NCBI GenBank assembly: GCA_963667175.2
Contig: CAXXXF010000006.1
Span: 480,001-544,000, forward strand
DNA: 64,000 bases
Direction of reading: 5' to 3'
Source of the DNA: Candidatus Latescibacterota bacterium
Lineage (GTDB): Bacteria > Latescibacterota > UBA2968 > GCA-2709665
Shown: piece after piece, positions 51,380 to 62,070 of the stretch
How the letters are laid out: the number at the start of each line of letters is the position of its first letter
Numbering within the stretch: position 1 is the first letter of the stretch
Notes under the pieces: generated by a model
Databases searched by the model: none
Seen by the model: only the letters and a program-made list of their open reading frames with translations
Told to the model about the DNA's origin: nothing
Position numbers and translations under genes: made by a program

Positions 51380-52915
51380 TCAGGCCAGGTCCCTGATGAC
51401 TTCCTGCGCGGCGTTGTGGCCTGGAATGCCGCTCACCTCGCCGCCGGGATGCTGCCCGGCCCCGCAGAGGTACAGGCCTCTATGCGGCGCCCGATATTGC
51501 GAGAGTTCCGGAAGCGGCCGATTCCAGAATAGATGCTCGCCCGCGTGCTGCACGTGCCAGATACACCCATCCGTCAGGCCGTTCTCCCGTTCGATGTCCA
51601 GGGGCGTCCGGAAGACGTGGTGTCGGATGGAAGATCTGAAGTTGGGCGCGAACTCCGTGATCTGATCGATGATGCCTTCGGCGATCTCCTCCCGGACGTC
51701 GTCCCAGGAAGCGGTGCGAAGCGTCGCGGGCGCCGGGTATATCCACACGGAGGCAGTGTGATACCCCGGCTGCGTGAGCGTGGGGTCCGCGAACGAGGGC
51801 ATTGAAAAGCTGATCACGGGTTTCCGAACGGGCAGGCCCGCTTCCAGTTCATCGTAGGCCGCGTCGATTTCCGGCCTCGACGCGTGAAGGGTGATGGCGC
51901 CCCGGTAAGGTTGTTCCGGGTCGCCGTCCCAGTACTTCCATTGCGGCGCTTCGCTGACAACGGCTAGCAGCTTGTAGCAACTCACGTGGGTGATAAGCCC
52001 CTCGAGGCGTTTGCGCAGCCGGCCGTCGACCGATTCGGACGGCATGAGCCTGAGGAACGTGCGCTTGGGGTCCAGATTGGAAACCGTGACGCGGCTTCGG
52101 ACTTCCTTCCCGTTTTCCAGTCGGACGCCAATTACCGCGTTGTCTTCCACGAGCAACCCCTGTACGCCCACGTCGAGGTGGATGGTCGCGCCGGCCTCCC
52201 GCGCCGCGTCGGCGATCGCGTCGCTGACGGCGCCCATTCCGCCTTCAACGTAGCCGTAGGGATGGGCTTCCCCGGTCTCGGTGTCGGGACGGTTGATGGA
52301 ACCGTAGGCGAAGTGCAGACCCAGGGGATTCCGACCCACGGCGGCGCCTTCCGAGGCATGCAGATCCTTCAGGTGGTCCGTAGAGAGGAACTCGTCCTGC
52401 AGTTCGCGGATCCGGGTGGTAACGGCCCGGTCGAGCACGCGCGCCGCGGGGGTGCCGGCGATCCGGGAGCGTACTTCGTCCAGCGGCGGGGGCGCCTGGA
52501 ATCTGAACGGGGTCACGATATCGGAGAGGATCCGCTTGAATTCGCCGTATCGGCGAACGTCCTCTCGTTCGGCGCCGGTGAGGCGGCGCCGGTGGGTCCG
52601 GTTTCTCGGAGAATCGTGATCCGGGGGTCCGTGATAGGCACCGTCGGGGCGAATGCGGATATAGCCCTCGCGGGGAAGCATTTTCATTCCGCGTTCGTAG
52701 AGTTTCAGATCCCGGATGATTCTTGGGGGCAGGCCGTGGATCATATGGGCGCACGTCGAGAAGTGAAACCCCGGCCAGAGTTCCTCGGTGATGGAGGCGC
52801 CGCCGACGAAGGAACGACGTTCAAAAACACTGACGTCGAGTCCCGCTCCTGCCAGATAGGCAGCGGCGGTGAGGCCATTGTGGCCGGCGCCGACCACGAC
52901 AACATCCGTATCCAT
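51380..52915 (-). CDS. Phytoene dehydrogenase-like FAD oxidoreductase
   Basis: VVGAGHNGL, GGASITEE, GGMG and GLYLCGAGQHPGGEVSGIPG motifs. Confidence 0.9.
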   Translation of the reverse strand: MDTDVVVVGAGHNGLTAAAYLAGAGLDVSVFERRSFVGGASITEELWPGFHFSTCAHMIHGLPPRIIRDLKLYERGMKMLPREGYIRIRPDGAYHGPPDHDSPRNRTHRRRLTGAEREDVRRYGEFKRILSDIVTPFRFQAPPPLDEVRSRIAGTPAARVLDRAVTTRIRELQDEFLSTDHLKDLHASEGAAVGRNPLGLHFAYGSINRPDTETGEAHPYGYVEGGMGAVSDAIADAAREAGATIHLDVGVQGLLVEDNAVIGVRLENGKEVRSRVTVSNLDPKRTFLRLMPSESVDGRLRKRLEGLITHVSCYKLLAVVSEAPQWKYWDGDPEQPYRGAITLHASRPEIDAAYDELEAGLPVRKPVISFSMPSFADPTLTQPGYHTASVWIYPAPATLRTASWDDVREEIAEGIIDQITEFAPNFRSSIRHHVFRTPLDIERENGLTDGCIWHVQHAGEHLFWNRPLPELSQYRAPHRGLYLCGAGQHPGGEVSGIPGHNAAQEVIRDLA

Positions 52916-52985
52916 AATAGACGTTCCCTTCGATTTGCGACGACCCCGCCCGTGGGACCGCGTCGGGATGGAAAAAAAGCGTTGT

Positions 52986-54446
52986 CTACACACGCGCGGC
53001 TGCGCCGGATGCTTCGACGTAAGCGTTGAGGTGCGCCGCGGCGCGTCCGCTGTCGATTGCGTCTTCGGCACGCTCGACCGCCTGTGTCGTATCCACGTCA
53101 AATCCGAGCAGATGATCCTTGATTGCGGCGTTGAGCACGATCTGGTCGTAGGCCGGGCCTTTTTGTCCCGCAAGAGCGGCGCAACCGGCTTTTGCAAACG
53201 CTTCGGCAGAAACGGTTTCGGGTCTGGGATGCCGGTTGTAACGGAATCCGGCGGCCGCCGGGTCGACGTCGCGATCGTAGGTTTCGGTCCGTCCGTCGCG
53301 GGTCCGGAAGCCCCTCACGTTGTTGATGGCTTTTCGTTCCTCGTCGGAGGGTTTGCCCAGCCGCAGCCCGAAGGAACTGCCGCCTTCCATTCCCTTCACG
53401 ACCAGGCCGGAGTTGAGGCCGCGGTCCACCGCCAGTTGAAGAAACATGTCTTCGTAGCCCGGATGGTAATAGCCGACGACCATGTGGTTTTCGCCGGCAC
53501 ACGCAAAAAGCTGCTGTGCTTTTTCCGTTGCCGCCCAGGGCGGCCGCTTTCCGATATGCGCACGGAGGTCCCTGGCAGCATACGCGGATGCCGAAAAGAT
53601 GCGCTGGCTGACGTAGGCGAAACCAACCCGCGGGTCCTCGATCAGACCGCCGGCCTGTTTCAGCGTGAGATTCACGTTTGCACCCAGCACCTTCAGGATC
53701 CGTTCGTCGGTAACCCCCCATTTCGGCGGCATTCCGTCGACGCCGTGCAGAACCGACGGGCGTCCCATCGAGGCCCTGACGGCCGCGACGAACAGGGCCG
53801 GACGGAAATACCTGCTCGATCCGTCGTACGGTTCTCCGAAATGGGTGAGCGACCCGACGTCGAGTTTCACGACGTTTGACGGATCAAACCCGGCATCCAG
53901 GTATCCCCGCGCCTCGTCGTACGTCTCGCGATTCATCCTCTGGCCGATCAGCGCCGCGCCCTTGAGCGCGTCTCGCGCCTGCCCGTTCAGAATCGCGCCG
54001 CACATCCGGCGGGTCTCCCCGTAGCCGAGGTGCTGCCCGGCGAGGATTTTTTCGAGAGCGGAAATAAGAACGGCTTCCTGCTCGTTCCGCGCTTCGGGTT
54101 TCGCGCGCGCGCCCAGCAGATACAGGATTTCGGGCGGCAGGTCCCGGCGGAGAGCGGCCCGTTTTCTTTGCAAAGCGTCTGTTTCCGCGCAACTCCAACG
54201 CGTCCTCGAAGGAAAGCGGCGTCGAAGGGCCATGGCCACGAAGAACGCGCCCATCTGCACGGACGACACCCGCTGCGCATCAGGCAATTCACCCCTGGCC
54301 GAACCCAGTATCAGGTCCAGAATGCGATCGGGTTGGGGGTCCGAGGGCTTCACACCCAGCGGGCGGGACTGATGGGGTCCGGTGCAGACCCGGGCCTGGG
54401 CCTCCAGCACTTCGGGATTCGGACCCGGATGAACCTCAGTTGGCAT
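52986..54446 (-). CDS. Anthranilate phosphoribosyltransferase-like protein (TrpD2/YbiB, long form)
   Basis: QMGAFF, LIGQRMNRET, GEPYDG, LHGVDGMPPKWGVT, GKRPP and KGMEG motifs. Start uncertain (54446 or 54491). Confidence 0.8.
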   Translation of the reverse strand: MPTEVHPGPNPEVLEAQARVCTGPHQSRPLGVKPSDPQPDRILDLILGSARGELPDAQRVSSVQMGAFFVAMALRRRFPSRTRWSCAETDALQRKRAALRRDLPPEILYLLGARAKPEARNEQEAVLISALEKILAGQHLGYGETRRMCGAILNGQARDALKGAALIGQRMNRETYDEARGYLDAGFDPSNVVKLDVGSLTHFGEPYDGSSRYFRPALFVAAVRASMGRPSVLHGVDGMPPKWGVTDERILKVLGANVNLTLKQAGGLIEDPRVGFAYVSQRIFSASAYAARDLRAHIGKRPPWAATEKAQQLFACAGENHMVVGYYHPGYEDMFLQLAVDRGLNSGLVVKGMEGGSSFGLRLGKPSDEERKAINNVRGFRTRDGRTETYDRDVDPAAAGFRYNRHPRPETVSAEAFAKAGCAALAGQKGPAYDQIVLNAAIKDHLLGFDVDTTQAVERAEDAIDSGRAAAHLNAYVEASGAAARV

Positions 54447-54715
54447 GGCTTTGGTATCCGTCGGTGTGGTGGCGTCGGCGATAGTATACATGAAATCGGG
54501 GGCGGCATCAAGCGAGGCGGGCGGCGCCTCTGATCTCGAGACATGAGCGCCGGGGCAATGCCAATTCAGGGCGTGTCGGGATTGAAAAAAACGGTTTGCA
54601 CGAATGGTGTTTTTTGTTAAATAGGATGGAAATCGTCGCATTGCCAGGCTGACGTGCAACATTGTGGTCTTGCGTCTCTTGTGGCGTTTGATTTCAGCCA
54701 CGTATTTTTCGTTTT

Positions 54716-54739
54716 TTTCGCGGGTTTCGTAGTTTCTGA
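54716..54739. repeat. Inverted single copy of the AAACTACGAAA..CGCGAAA unit
   Basis: TTTCGCGGGTTTCGTAGTTTCTGA. Confidence 0.5.
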
Positions 54740-54775
54740 TTTTATTTTCCGAGTCGCTTCTTAACGGCGTATTCG

Positions 54776-55576
54776 ATGTTGGCGATCACTTTACTCCGCC
54801 TGGCATGGTGTCTTGTCAACCTGGGCTGGATGAATACCCGGCTTCAGGCTGAACCTGTCCGGGTTTATGCCGCGATCAGCCTGATCGGTTCAATGAAGCA
54901 GATTGAAGGGACTTTCGAAGAGGAAACCGGCGTGGACGTCCGGTTCTCGTTCGCGGCGTCTTCCACACTGGCCAGGCAGATCGAGCGTGGGGCGCCGGCC
55001 GGGGTCTTCATTTCCGCGAACCCGGCGTGGATGGATTATCTGGAATCGCGGGGACTGATTCACCCTGACAGCAGGGCAGACCTGCTCGGCAACGCGCTGG
55101 TGGTGGTTACGCCGGCGGGAGAGGGCTTTGACGTCAAATGGGAACAGGCGTTCGACTTCGCCGGGGCGTTTGAAGGACCGCTGGCGGTTGCGGACCCCGA
55201 TCTCGTTCCCGCCGGTATATACGCCAGACAGGCGCTCGTCAACCTGGGATGGTGGGCGGATTTGAGCAGGCGCCTCGCCATCGGGCAGGACGTGCGTTCC
55301 GCGCTCGCATTTGTGGAACAGGGCGCCTGCGCCGCGGGAATTGTGTACGCAACCGATGCCGCCTCGAGCGACCGGGTGGACGCGCTGGGCGTGTTTCCGT
55401 CAGGGACGCATGAAGAGATCGTCTATGCCGTCGCGATCGTAAAGGGACGGGTTGCCGGGACGACGCGACGCTTCGTGGAATTCCTGAGGTCCGAGCAGGC
55501 TCTCGACGTATTCAAGCGTGACGGCTTTCTGGTTTGCGTCTCACGTCGAGACCTCGAACCAACGGGACGCGACTGA
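54776..55576 (+). CDS. modA: Molybdate ABC transporter substrate-binding protein
   Basis: VYAAISL, FAASSTLARQIERGAP, FISAN, VPAGIYA and GIVYATDA motifs. Confidence 0.92.
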   Translation: MLAITLLRLAWCLVNLGWMNTRLQAEPVRVYAAISLIGSMKQIEGTFEEETGVDVRFSFAASSTLARQIERGAPAGVFISANPAWMDYLESRGLIHPDSRADLLGNALVVVTPAGEGFDVKWEQAFDFAGAFEGPLAVADPDLVPAGIYARQALVNLGWWADLSRRLAIGQDVRSALAFVEQGACAAGIVYATDAASSDRVDALGVFPSGTHEEIVYAVAIVKGRVAGTTRRFVEFLRSEQALDVFKRDGFLVCVSRRDLEPTGRD

Positions 55577-55715
55577 CGCACAGGCCCGCAACCCGTTTTT
55601 CGCGACCCCGGAAAGCGGGCGCCTGCCGATGCGCCGGCGACGTCAGGTGGCAGTGCCGGCACTCTCGACAGACCGCTGGCCGGAGACCTTCATTCGCATT
55701 ACAGGAGCAGAGAAC

Positions 55716-56837
55716 ATGGCCGTTCTGGAGCGGTTGAACGTCGGCGTTGCGGGCGCCGCCGGCAGAGGCGGGAGTTTTCGAGCGGCCTTTGACGCGCATC
55801 CCACGGCCCGCCTGCACGCCGTCTGCGATATCCGCGAAGACATGCTGGACGCGGCGGCCGAAAAGCTGGGCGCCTCGGAAACCTATACGGACTACGAGGA
55901 GATGCTGGAAAGGTCCGAGTTGGATGCCGTGGTCATCGGAACGCCCATGCAGTTTCACGCGCCCCAGGCGATCGCCGCCCTGGAGTCGGGCGTTCACGTG
56001 CTGAGCGAAGTGACAGCGGCGGTTTCCGTCGACGAGTGTAGAAGCCTCGTCGCTGCGGCCACTGCCACTCCCGCGATATATATGATGGCCGAGAACTTCA
56101 CGTATATGAAGCCCAATGTGCTCGTGAAGGAACTCGTGCGGCGCGGTCTGTTCGGGGAGGTCTACTACGCGGAGGGGGAGTACGTCCACGAGTTGAAGGG
56201 ATTGAACGAGAGAACGACGTGGCGCCGGAAGTGGCAGACGGGAATCGACGGCGTCACGTACGGCACGCACAGCCTGGGACCGATTCTTCAGTGGATGGAA
56301 GGCGACCGCGTGGCGCGGGTGTGCTGCGAGGGCAGCGGTCATCACTACGTGGATCCGAGAGGGAACCGATATGAGAATCAGGACTCATGCGTGATGCTGT
56401 GCAAAACCGCGAGAGGGGGGTTGGTCAAGATACGGGTCGACATGCTGTCGGAACGCCCTCATTCCATGGCGAACTACACGCTTCAGGGCACCACCGGTTG
56501 CTATGAGTCGGCCCGCGCGAAGGGGGAGGCGAACCGGATCTGGCTGGCGGATTTGTGCGAAGACGGGAATTCCTGGATGGACCTGTCTGAACTGGAAGAG
56601 GAATATATGCCGGAGATGTGGCGCAACCCGTCCGATGACGCGCTGAAGGCGGGGCACGGGGGAGGGGACTATTTCGAGATTCTGGATTTCGTGAACGCCA
56701 TCGTGGGAACGGCGCCGTGTCCGATCGGCATCCACGACGCCATGGACATGACGCTGCCTGGCCTGATCAGCCAGGCATCCATCTTGCGCGGCGGCGATTG
56801 GCTGGACGTCCCGGATTCGAGAGCCTGGGTGGCGTGA
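55716..56837 (+). CDS. Gfo/Idh/MocA oxidoreductase
   Basis: AVCD, IGTPMQFH, VLSEV, YMMAEN and GHGGGD motifs; RBS AGGAG. Confidence 0.9.
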   Translation: MAVLERLNVGVAGAAGRGGSFRAAFDAHPTARLHAVCDIREDMLDAAAEKLGASETYTDYEEMLERSELDAVVIGTPMQFHAPQAIAALESGVHVLSEVTAAVSVDECRSLVAAATATPAIYMMAENFTYMKPNVLVKELVRRGLFGEVYYAEGEYVHELKGLNERTTWRRKWQTGIDGVTYGTHSLGPILQWMEGDRVARVCCEGSGHHYVDPRGNRYENQDSCVMLCKTARGGLVKIRVDMLSERPHSMANYTLQGTTGCYESARAKGEANRIWLADLCEDGNSWMDLSELEEEYMPEMWRNPSDDALKAGHGGGDYFEILDFVNAIVGTAPCPIGIHDAMDMTLPGLISQASILRGGDWLDVPDSRAWVA

Positions 56838-56874
56838 AAAAACCGAGGGGCCCCAGACTCGCGGACGATCCGCG

Positions 56875-57663
56875 TTAAGCGCGTCGGGGCGCCAATGCGC
56901 CTTCCCCGAAAATGATCGAAAACGCATGTCCGCGCGCGGAATTGGTTCCCGCGTGCATGTAACACACGCTGAACGCTCTGCGGGGAACGTCGGTACGGTT
57001 GGCGCCGGAGCTGTGTAACAGCCAGTTGTGCAGGAGTACGACTTCGCCGGCCTCGAGCTCCAGATAGACGTGCCTGGCGCGTTGGGTCCGCTCCTCGATC
57101 TGCTCGGGACTCAGAAATCCGCTGGCGTTTTCCGGGTTGACAAGGCCCCATTTGTGGGACCCGGGGATGATTTTGACGCAGCCGTTGTCGACCGTGGACC
57201 GGTCCAACGCCGTCCAGACGGTGATGAGCGGGTCCCGGTCGAGGTCGGTCCAGCGATCCTGGTGCCACGTCAGGTCGTGGCCATGTCCGGCCGGCTTGTT
57301 CATAAACATGGCCCGGAAACAGGCCACCGGGACATCCGGCCCGTAGGTCCTGGCGCAGACGTTGCGAAAGAGCGGATGCTGCATGTATGCAAGGAAGAGG
57401 TCGTCGAGTTCCAGGTCCTGGATCTTCCGATAGTTCAGCGTGGCGCCTTTGTGGCCCCTTGTTTGGGGACCCGGACCGTCCCGTCCTTCAACAACGTCCA
57501 ACTGCATCAGCATGCGACTGTAGTCCAGCGGAGCCCTGCCGAGCATGACGTTGTCAATCCGTCGCCTGAGGGCTTCCACTTCGGCTTCTGCGGCGACCCT
57601 GCCGAGACGCAGAAAACCCGCGGCGCCGAACCGTTCCCATTGTTCGTCCGTAAGAGAGTCCAT
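56875..57663 (-). CDS. Phytanoyl-CoA dioxygenase (PhyH) family
   Basis: WHQD, WTALD, NGC...PGSH and LLHSSG.N motifs. Confidence 0.92.
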   Translation of the reverse strand: MDSLTDEQWERFGAAGFLRLGRVAAEAEVEALRRRIDNVMLGRAPLDYSRMLMQLDVVEGRDGPGPQTRGHKGATLNYRKIQDLELDDLFLAYMQHPLFRNVCARTYGPDVPVACFRAMFMNKPAGHGHDLTWHQDRWTDLDRDPLITVWTALDRSTVDNGCVKIIPGSHKWGLVNPENASGFLSPEQIEERTQRARHVYLELEAGEVVLLHNWLLHSSGANRTDVPRRAFSVCYMHAGTNSARGHAFSIIFGEGALAPRRA

Positions 57664-57817
57664 AGACGTTTCCCGGCAGTGAACCCGCGACCCCGACGTC
57701 CGCCGTTCCGGTTCGAAGAATCAGTGTCTGACACAAGAGGATTCGCCGGAAGCGGGATACCGGATGGAAGATAGCAAAGAACGAATCGCACATCAAGTTT
57801 CCCAGGAGGAGCAGACG

Positions 57818-58789
57818 ATGTCGGATACGGTTTTGTATCTCTCGCGCCGGGACGTGGAGGCGGTAAATCTGTCGACGTCGGAAATCATCGATGGTCTGGA
57901 CCGGATGTTCGTGGAAAAAGGAGAAGGCAAAGTGGAGATGCCGCCCAAGCCGGGCATCCATACGCAGCCCGATGCGTTTATCCACGCCATGCCGGCGTAT
58001 ATCCCGAGCCTTGAATCCGCGGGCATGAAGTGGGTATCCGGATACCCGGCGAACCAGGCAAAGGGATTGCCCTACATCAGCGGGCTGTTGATTCTGAATG
58101 ATCCGGAAACCGGCATCCCCACGTGCGTGATGGATTGCGCGTGGATTACCGCGATGCGGACGGGCGCGGCAACCGCGGTGGCAGCGAAATACCTGGCGCG
58201 CACGGACAGCTCGACGGTGGGCATTGTCGCCTGCGGCGTCCAGGGCCGTGGCAATCTCGAAGCGCTGTCGTGTGTTTTCGATATCACGGACGTCAAGGCG
58301 TACGATCTCTACCCGGAACTTGCGGATCGGTTCGCCGCGGAGATGGAGCCCCGGCTAGGGGTGCGCATCGAGCCGGTTCGCGACGTTTCGCAGGCCGTCA
58401 GGGAACTGGACATCGTCGTCACAAGCGGGCCCGTCAGGGACCGGCCGGAACCGGTGGTAGACGCCGGCTGGCTGGCGGAGGGATCTTTCGCCTGTCCGCT
58501 GGATTTCGACGCGTACTTTCGGGCCGATGCTTTCCGTGAAGCGGACAAACTGGCAAGCGACGATACCGAACAGCTGAATTACTATCGGCAGGCCGGTCAT
58601 TTCGTCGATACGCCCGAGCCGTATGCCGACCTGGGTGAAATCGCCGCCGGGCTGAAGCCGGGACGGGAGTCGGACCGGGAACGCACGATTGCGATCAATT
58701 TGGGCCTCGGTCTGGAAGACATGGCCACCGCGATACTGGTTTACCGCCGCGCACTGGCGCGCAAAATCGGGACGGTGCTGCCGCTTTGA
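57818..58789 (+). CDS. Ornithine cyclodeaminase/mu-crystallin family
   Basis: HAMPA, KWVS, ITAMRTGAA and GLGLEDMA motifs; RBS AGGAGG. Confidence 0.9.
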   Translation: MSDTVLYLSRRDVEAVNLSTSEIIDGLDRMFVEKGEGKVEMPPKPGIHTQPDAFIHAMPAYIPSLESAGMKWVSGYPANQAKGLPYISGLLILNDPETGIPTCVMDCAWITAMRTGAATAVAAKYLARTDSSTVGIVACGVQGRGNLEALSCVFDITDVKAYDLYPELADRFAAEMEPRLGVRIEPVRDVSQAVRELDIVVTSGPVRDRPEPVVDAGWLAEGSFACPLDFDAYFRADAFREADKLASDDTEQLNYYRQAGHFVDTPEPYADLGEIAAGLKPGRESDRERTIAINLGLGLEDMATAILVYRRALARKIGTVLPL

Positions 58790-58825
58790 TCGGGCCCGTT
58801 CAGGCGAAGATGCAGAGGAGGTTTG

Positions 58826-59947
58826 ATGATTCGTCAGACTGACAACCCGGAACAGATCGGGATTTCCATTGAAGGCTTGCAATCGGCTGGCGGAATCCTC
58901 GAGGAGGCGGTGATCCGGGGAGAGTTGATGGGCGCGGCGCTCCAGGTTTCCCGGGGCGGAGTCGCGCTCGCGCCGGCGTGTTTCGGACGCCGGACGCTGG
59001 ACCCCGAAGGTCCTCCGGTGGCGCCGGACACCGTTTTCCTGATCGCGTCCATCACCAAGCCGATCGTGGCGGCGGCGGTGATGTTGCTCGTGGAGCGGGG
59101 CAAGGTCTGCCTGGACGACCCGGTGACGGCGTTGGTACCGGAGTTTGGCCAGGCGGGCAAGGAAGACGTACAGGTGCGGCACCTCCTGACCCACACGTCC
59201 GGGCTGCCGGATATGCTGCCGGAGAACCTGGCATTGCGCGCCGAACACGCGCCGTTGGACGTCTTTATTCAACGCATCTGTAAGGTCAAACTGCGATTCA
59301 GACCCGGCACGAGAATCTCTTACCAGAGCTGTGGAATCGCCATGCTGGGCGAAATCGTCCAACGGCTCGAGGCGACGCCGGTACGGGAATTCATGAGGCG
59401 GTCGTTTTTTGAACCGCTGGGCCTCGTGGATACCTCGCTGGGTCGTCCGGCACGGAATTCGCGGGATTCCGACGTGAAGATACACGGCGGGGAGTACGGC
59501 GCGGCGGACGCCCTGTCCTGGAACTGGAATTCAGATTACTGGCGAGGGTTCGGCGCACCCTGGGGCGGGCTGTTGACCACCACGGCCGAGATGACGGCGC
59601 TCTGTCAGGCCTTTCTATACAAGGGTGCGCTGCACGGGACCCGCATTCTGAGCCCGGCGACGGTTTCCGCAATGACGACGGACCAGACGTCGGCGATGCC
59701 GGACCTGAACCGGGCGGATCGGCGCCGACAGCGTTGGGGGCTGGGATGGCGCGTGCGCGACCGGGTGTGTTCAATCTTCGGAGATCTGACTTCCGACGCC
59801 ACGTTCGGACACGAGGGGGCGACGGGAACCGTGGCCTGGGTGGACCCGGAAACGGAGACGACGTGCGTACTGTTCACCAACGACCCGCGCGGCGCGGCTT
59901 CCCTGCGTCCACGAGTAGGCAATGCCGTTGCCGCCGCCGTCGTTTAA
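58826..59947 (+). CDS. Serine hydrolase, beta-lactamase (class C-like) family
   Basis: FLIASITK (SxxK), LLTHTSGL, SYQS, FEPLG and FGHEG motifs. Confidence 0.9.
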   Translation: MIRQTDNPEQIGISIEGLQSAGGILEEAVIRGELMGAALQVSRGGVALAPACFGRRTLDPEGPPVAPDTVFLIASITKPIVAAAVMLLVERGKVCLDDPVTALVPEFGQAGKEDVQVRHLLTHTSGLPDMLPENLALRAEHAPLDVFIQRICKVKLRFRPGTRISYQSCGIAMLGEIVQRLEATPVREFMRRSFFEPLGLVDTSLGRPARNSRDSDVKIHGGEYGAADALSWNWNSDYWRGFGAPWGGLLTTTAEMTALCQAFLYKGALHGTRILSPATVSAMTTDQTSAMPDLNRADRRRQRWGLGWRVRDRVCSIFGDLTSDATFGHEGATGTVAWVDPETETTCVLFTNDPRGAASLRPRVGNAVAAAVV

Positions 59948-59988
59948 GGCGCATTCCCGGCGGCGCGGACCGCCCGTATCCAGGGACG

Positions 59989-60957
59989 CTATCCTTCGAC
60001 GTGAACGTTGCCGAAGAGTGTGCTGACGGATTCATCGTTGTGGATGCGGCGGATGGCTTCCGCCAGAATGGAGGCCACGGAAAGCACCTTGATTTTTCCA
60101 TTCTGTACCGTTTTCGGCACAGGGATGGAGTTTGACACCACCAATTCGGTGAGAACCGAATTCTCCACGCGTTCGACCGCGGGTCCGGCCAGCACCGGAT
60201 GCACGATTGCCGCACTGATGTCCAGGGCGCCGTGTTCCCTCAGGGCCGCAGCGGCCTCGACAAGCGACCCGCCGGTGGAAATGAGATCGTCGATGATAAC
60301 GACGTTCTTGCCTTCCACGTCGCCGATAACGTTCAGAACTTCGGTCTGCGTGCCGCTCGAACGTCGTTTGTCGACGATGGCCAGCGGAGCGTCGAGCAAC
60401 TCGGAATAAGCGCGTGTCATCTTGATGTTTCCGACGTCAGGCGTAACCGTGACCAGGTTGTGCATCCCCTTTTCTATCAGGTAGTTTCCGAAGACGTTGA
60501 TTGAGTAGAGGTGATCCATGGGGATGTCGAAGAATCCCTGGATCTGGTTGGAGTGCAGATCCAGGGAAAGGACCCTCCTGGCGCCGGCGGTCACGACGAG
60601 GTTTCCGATCAGTTTGGCGGTGATTGGCACACGAGGCCTGTCCTTGCGGTCCTGCCGGGCGTAGCCGTAGTAGGGAAGCACCGCGGTAATGCGCCGTGCG
60701 GAGGCGCGACGTGCCGCATCGATGAGGATAAGAATCTCCATCAGGGCGTCGTTGGGCGTGTATACCCCATTGCCGCAGATAGGCTGAACGATGTAGACGT
60801 CGTTTCCGCGCACGTTTTCGCGAATCTGAACGCCTGTCTCTCCTCCCGGAAAACTTTCGACTTCAGCATCTCCCAGGCTGATGTTGAGGTGTTGGCAGAT
60901 CTCCTCGGCCAGAGGTCTGTTGATGTTGCCTGTGAAAACTTGAAAGTCGTAAGCCAA
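59989..60957 (-). CDS. prs: Ribose-phosphate pyrophosphokinase
   Basis: PYYGYARQDRK, DLHS.QIQGFF and IIDDLISTGGS motifs; TTG start after GGAGG. Confidence 0.97.
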   Translation of the reverse strand: MAYDFQVFTGNINRPLAEEICQHLNISLGDAEVESFPGGETGVQIRENVRGNDVYIVQPICGNGVYTPNDALMEILILIDAARRASARRITAVLPYYGYARQDRKDRPRVPITAKLIGNLVVTAGARRVLSLDLHSNQIQGFFDIPMDHLYSINVFGNYLIEKGMHNLVTVTPDVGNIKMTRAYSELLDAPLAIVDKRRSSGTQTEVLNVIGDVEGKNVVIIDDLISTGGSLVEAAAALREHGALDISAAIVHPVLAGPAVERVENSVLTELVVSNSIPVPKTVQNGKIKVLSVASILAEAIRRIHNDESVSTLFGNVHVEG

Positions 60958-61199
60958 AACGTCAGCCTCCCTGGTGGCGTTCGAATCGCGGGGTTGAAGG
61001 TTCGTCTCGGGACTGCGGGTGAAATATATGCCCCGCCTGACGGCGGAGCAATTGAATTTGACGACGCGAAGCGATTCGGGTTGCATTCAGTCCATGGATA
61101 TGGCAAATGTACTGAGAAGCCATCCCTCAGGTGCGGACTTCGGACGCGCGGGCGCCACCGGTCGCCCCTGAAATCTTCGTTCCTTTACGATTGCGTATC

Positions 61200-61928
61200 A
61201 TGTTGACCGTTCTCTACCAGGACGACCATTACGTTGCGGTTGACAAACCGAGCGGCATGTTCGTACATCCCACCCGCCTCGGACCACGGGAACCCAACTG
61301 CATGGCCCGCCTGGGCAGGCAACTGGGTCGTCCCGTCTACACCATTCACAGGCTGGACCGCGCCACCTCGGGCGTGCTTCTCTTCGCCCTGAGTTCCGAA
61401 GCCGCCCGGGAGATGTGCGTCCTGTTCGAAGAGCGCCGCATCCGGAAGGAATACCTTGCCGTGGTTCGGGGGTTTGCGCCCAACGCCGGACGGATCGATC
61501 ATCCCCTGCGTAAACACCGGAAGAAATCAGTCGTAGAAGCGGTTACCGACTTTGTCCGCGTGGGAACGGCCGAACTTCAGGAGCCCGTAGGCAGGCACGA
61601 GACAGCGCGTTTTTCACGGATACAGGCTGTGCCTCGAACCGGCCGCATGCACCAGATCCGAAGACACATGGCCCATATCTCCCATCCCGTACTGGGCGAC
61701 ACCAGGTACGGCGACGGGGCGCAGAACCGGTTCTTTCGCGCCAGATTCGGGTTGTGCCGCCTCGCGCTCATGGCCGCCCGGCTTGCGTTTCTCCACCCTT
61801 ATCGCCAGGAGGAAGTTGCTGTCGTCGCGGCGCCGTCGGAAGATCTCCAGGCGACGTTTGCCGGGTTGGGATGGGACGAGGCGCCGCCCCCCTACCCTCA
61901 TCCGCCCCTCGCCTCCCTGACACGCTGA
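61200..61928 (+). CDS. RluA/TruC-family pseudouridine synthase
   Basis: VDKPSGMFVH, HRLDRATSG, TGRMHQIRRH and GDTRYG motifs. Confidence 0.93.
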   Translation: MLTVLYQDDHYVAVDKPSGMFVHPTRLGPREPNCMARLGRQLGRPVYTIHRLDRATSGVLLFALSSEAAREMCVLFEERRIRKEYLAVVRGFAPNAGRIDHPLRKHRKKSVVEAVTDFVRVGTAELQEPVGRHETARFSRIQAVPRTGRMHQIRRHMAHISHPVLGDTRYGDGAQNRFFRARFGLCRLALMAARLAFLHPYRQEEVAVVAAPSEDLQATFAGLGWDEAPPPYPHPPLASLTR

Positions 61929-62070
61929 GACTGGCCCGATACATCCCCGCCGGCCCGCCTGTATTTGCCGGGAAACAGCGATAGCGATCGATCCGTGAAC
62001 GGCAGCCCTACCGGCGCAGTATCCTGCGCGGAAGGCGAACGTCCCATAATCGAAACACTGGTTCATTCGA

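Noticed and set aside
60960-61195. tRNA upstream of prs (a common arrangement)
   Set aside because: No cloverleaf with T-loop and acceptor stem could be formed.
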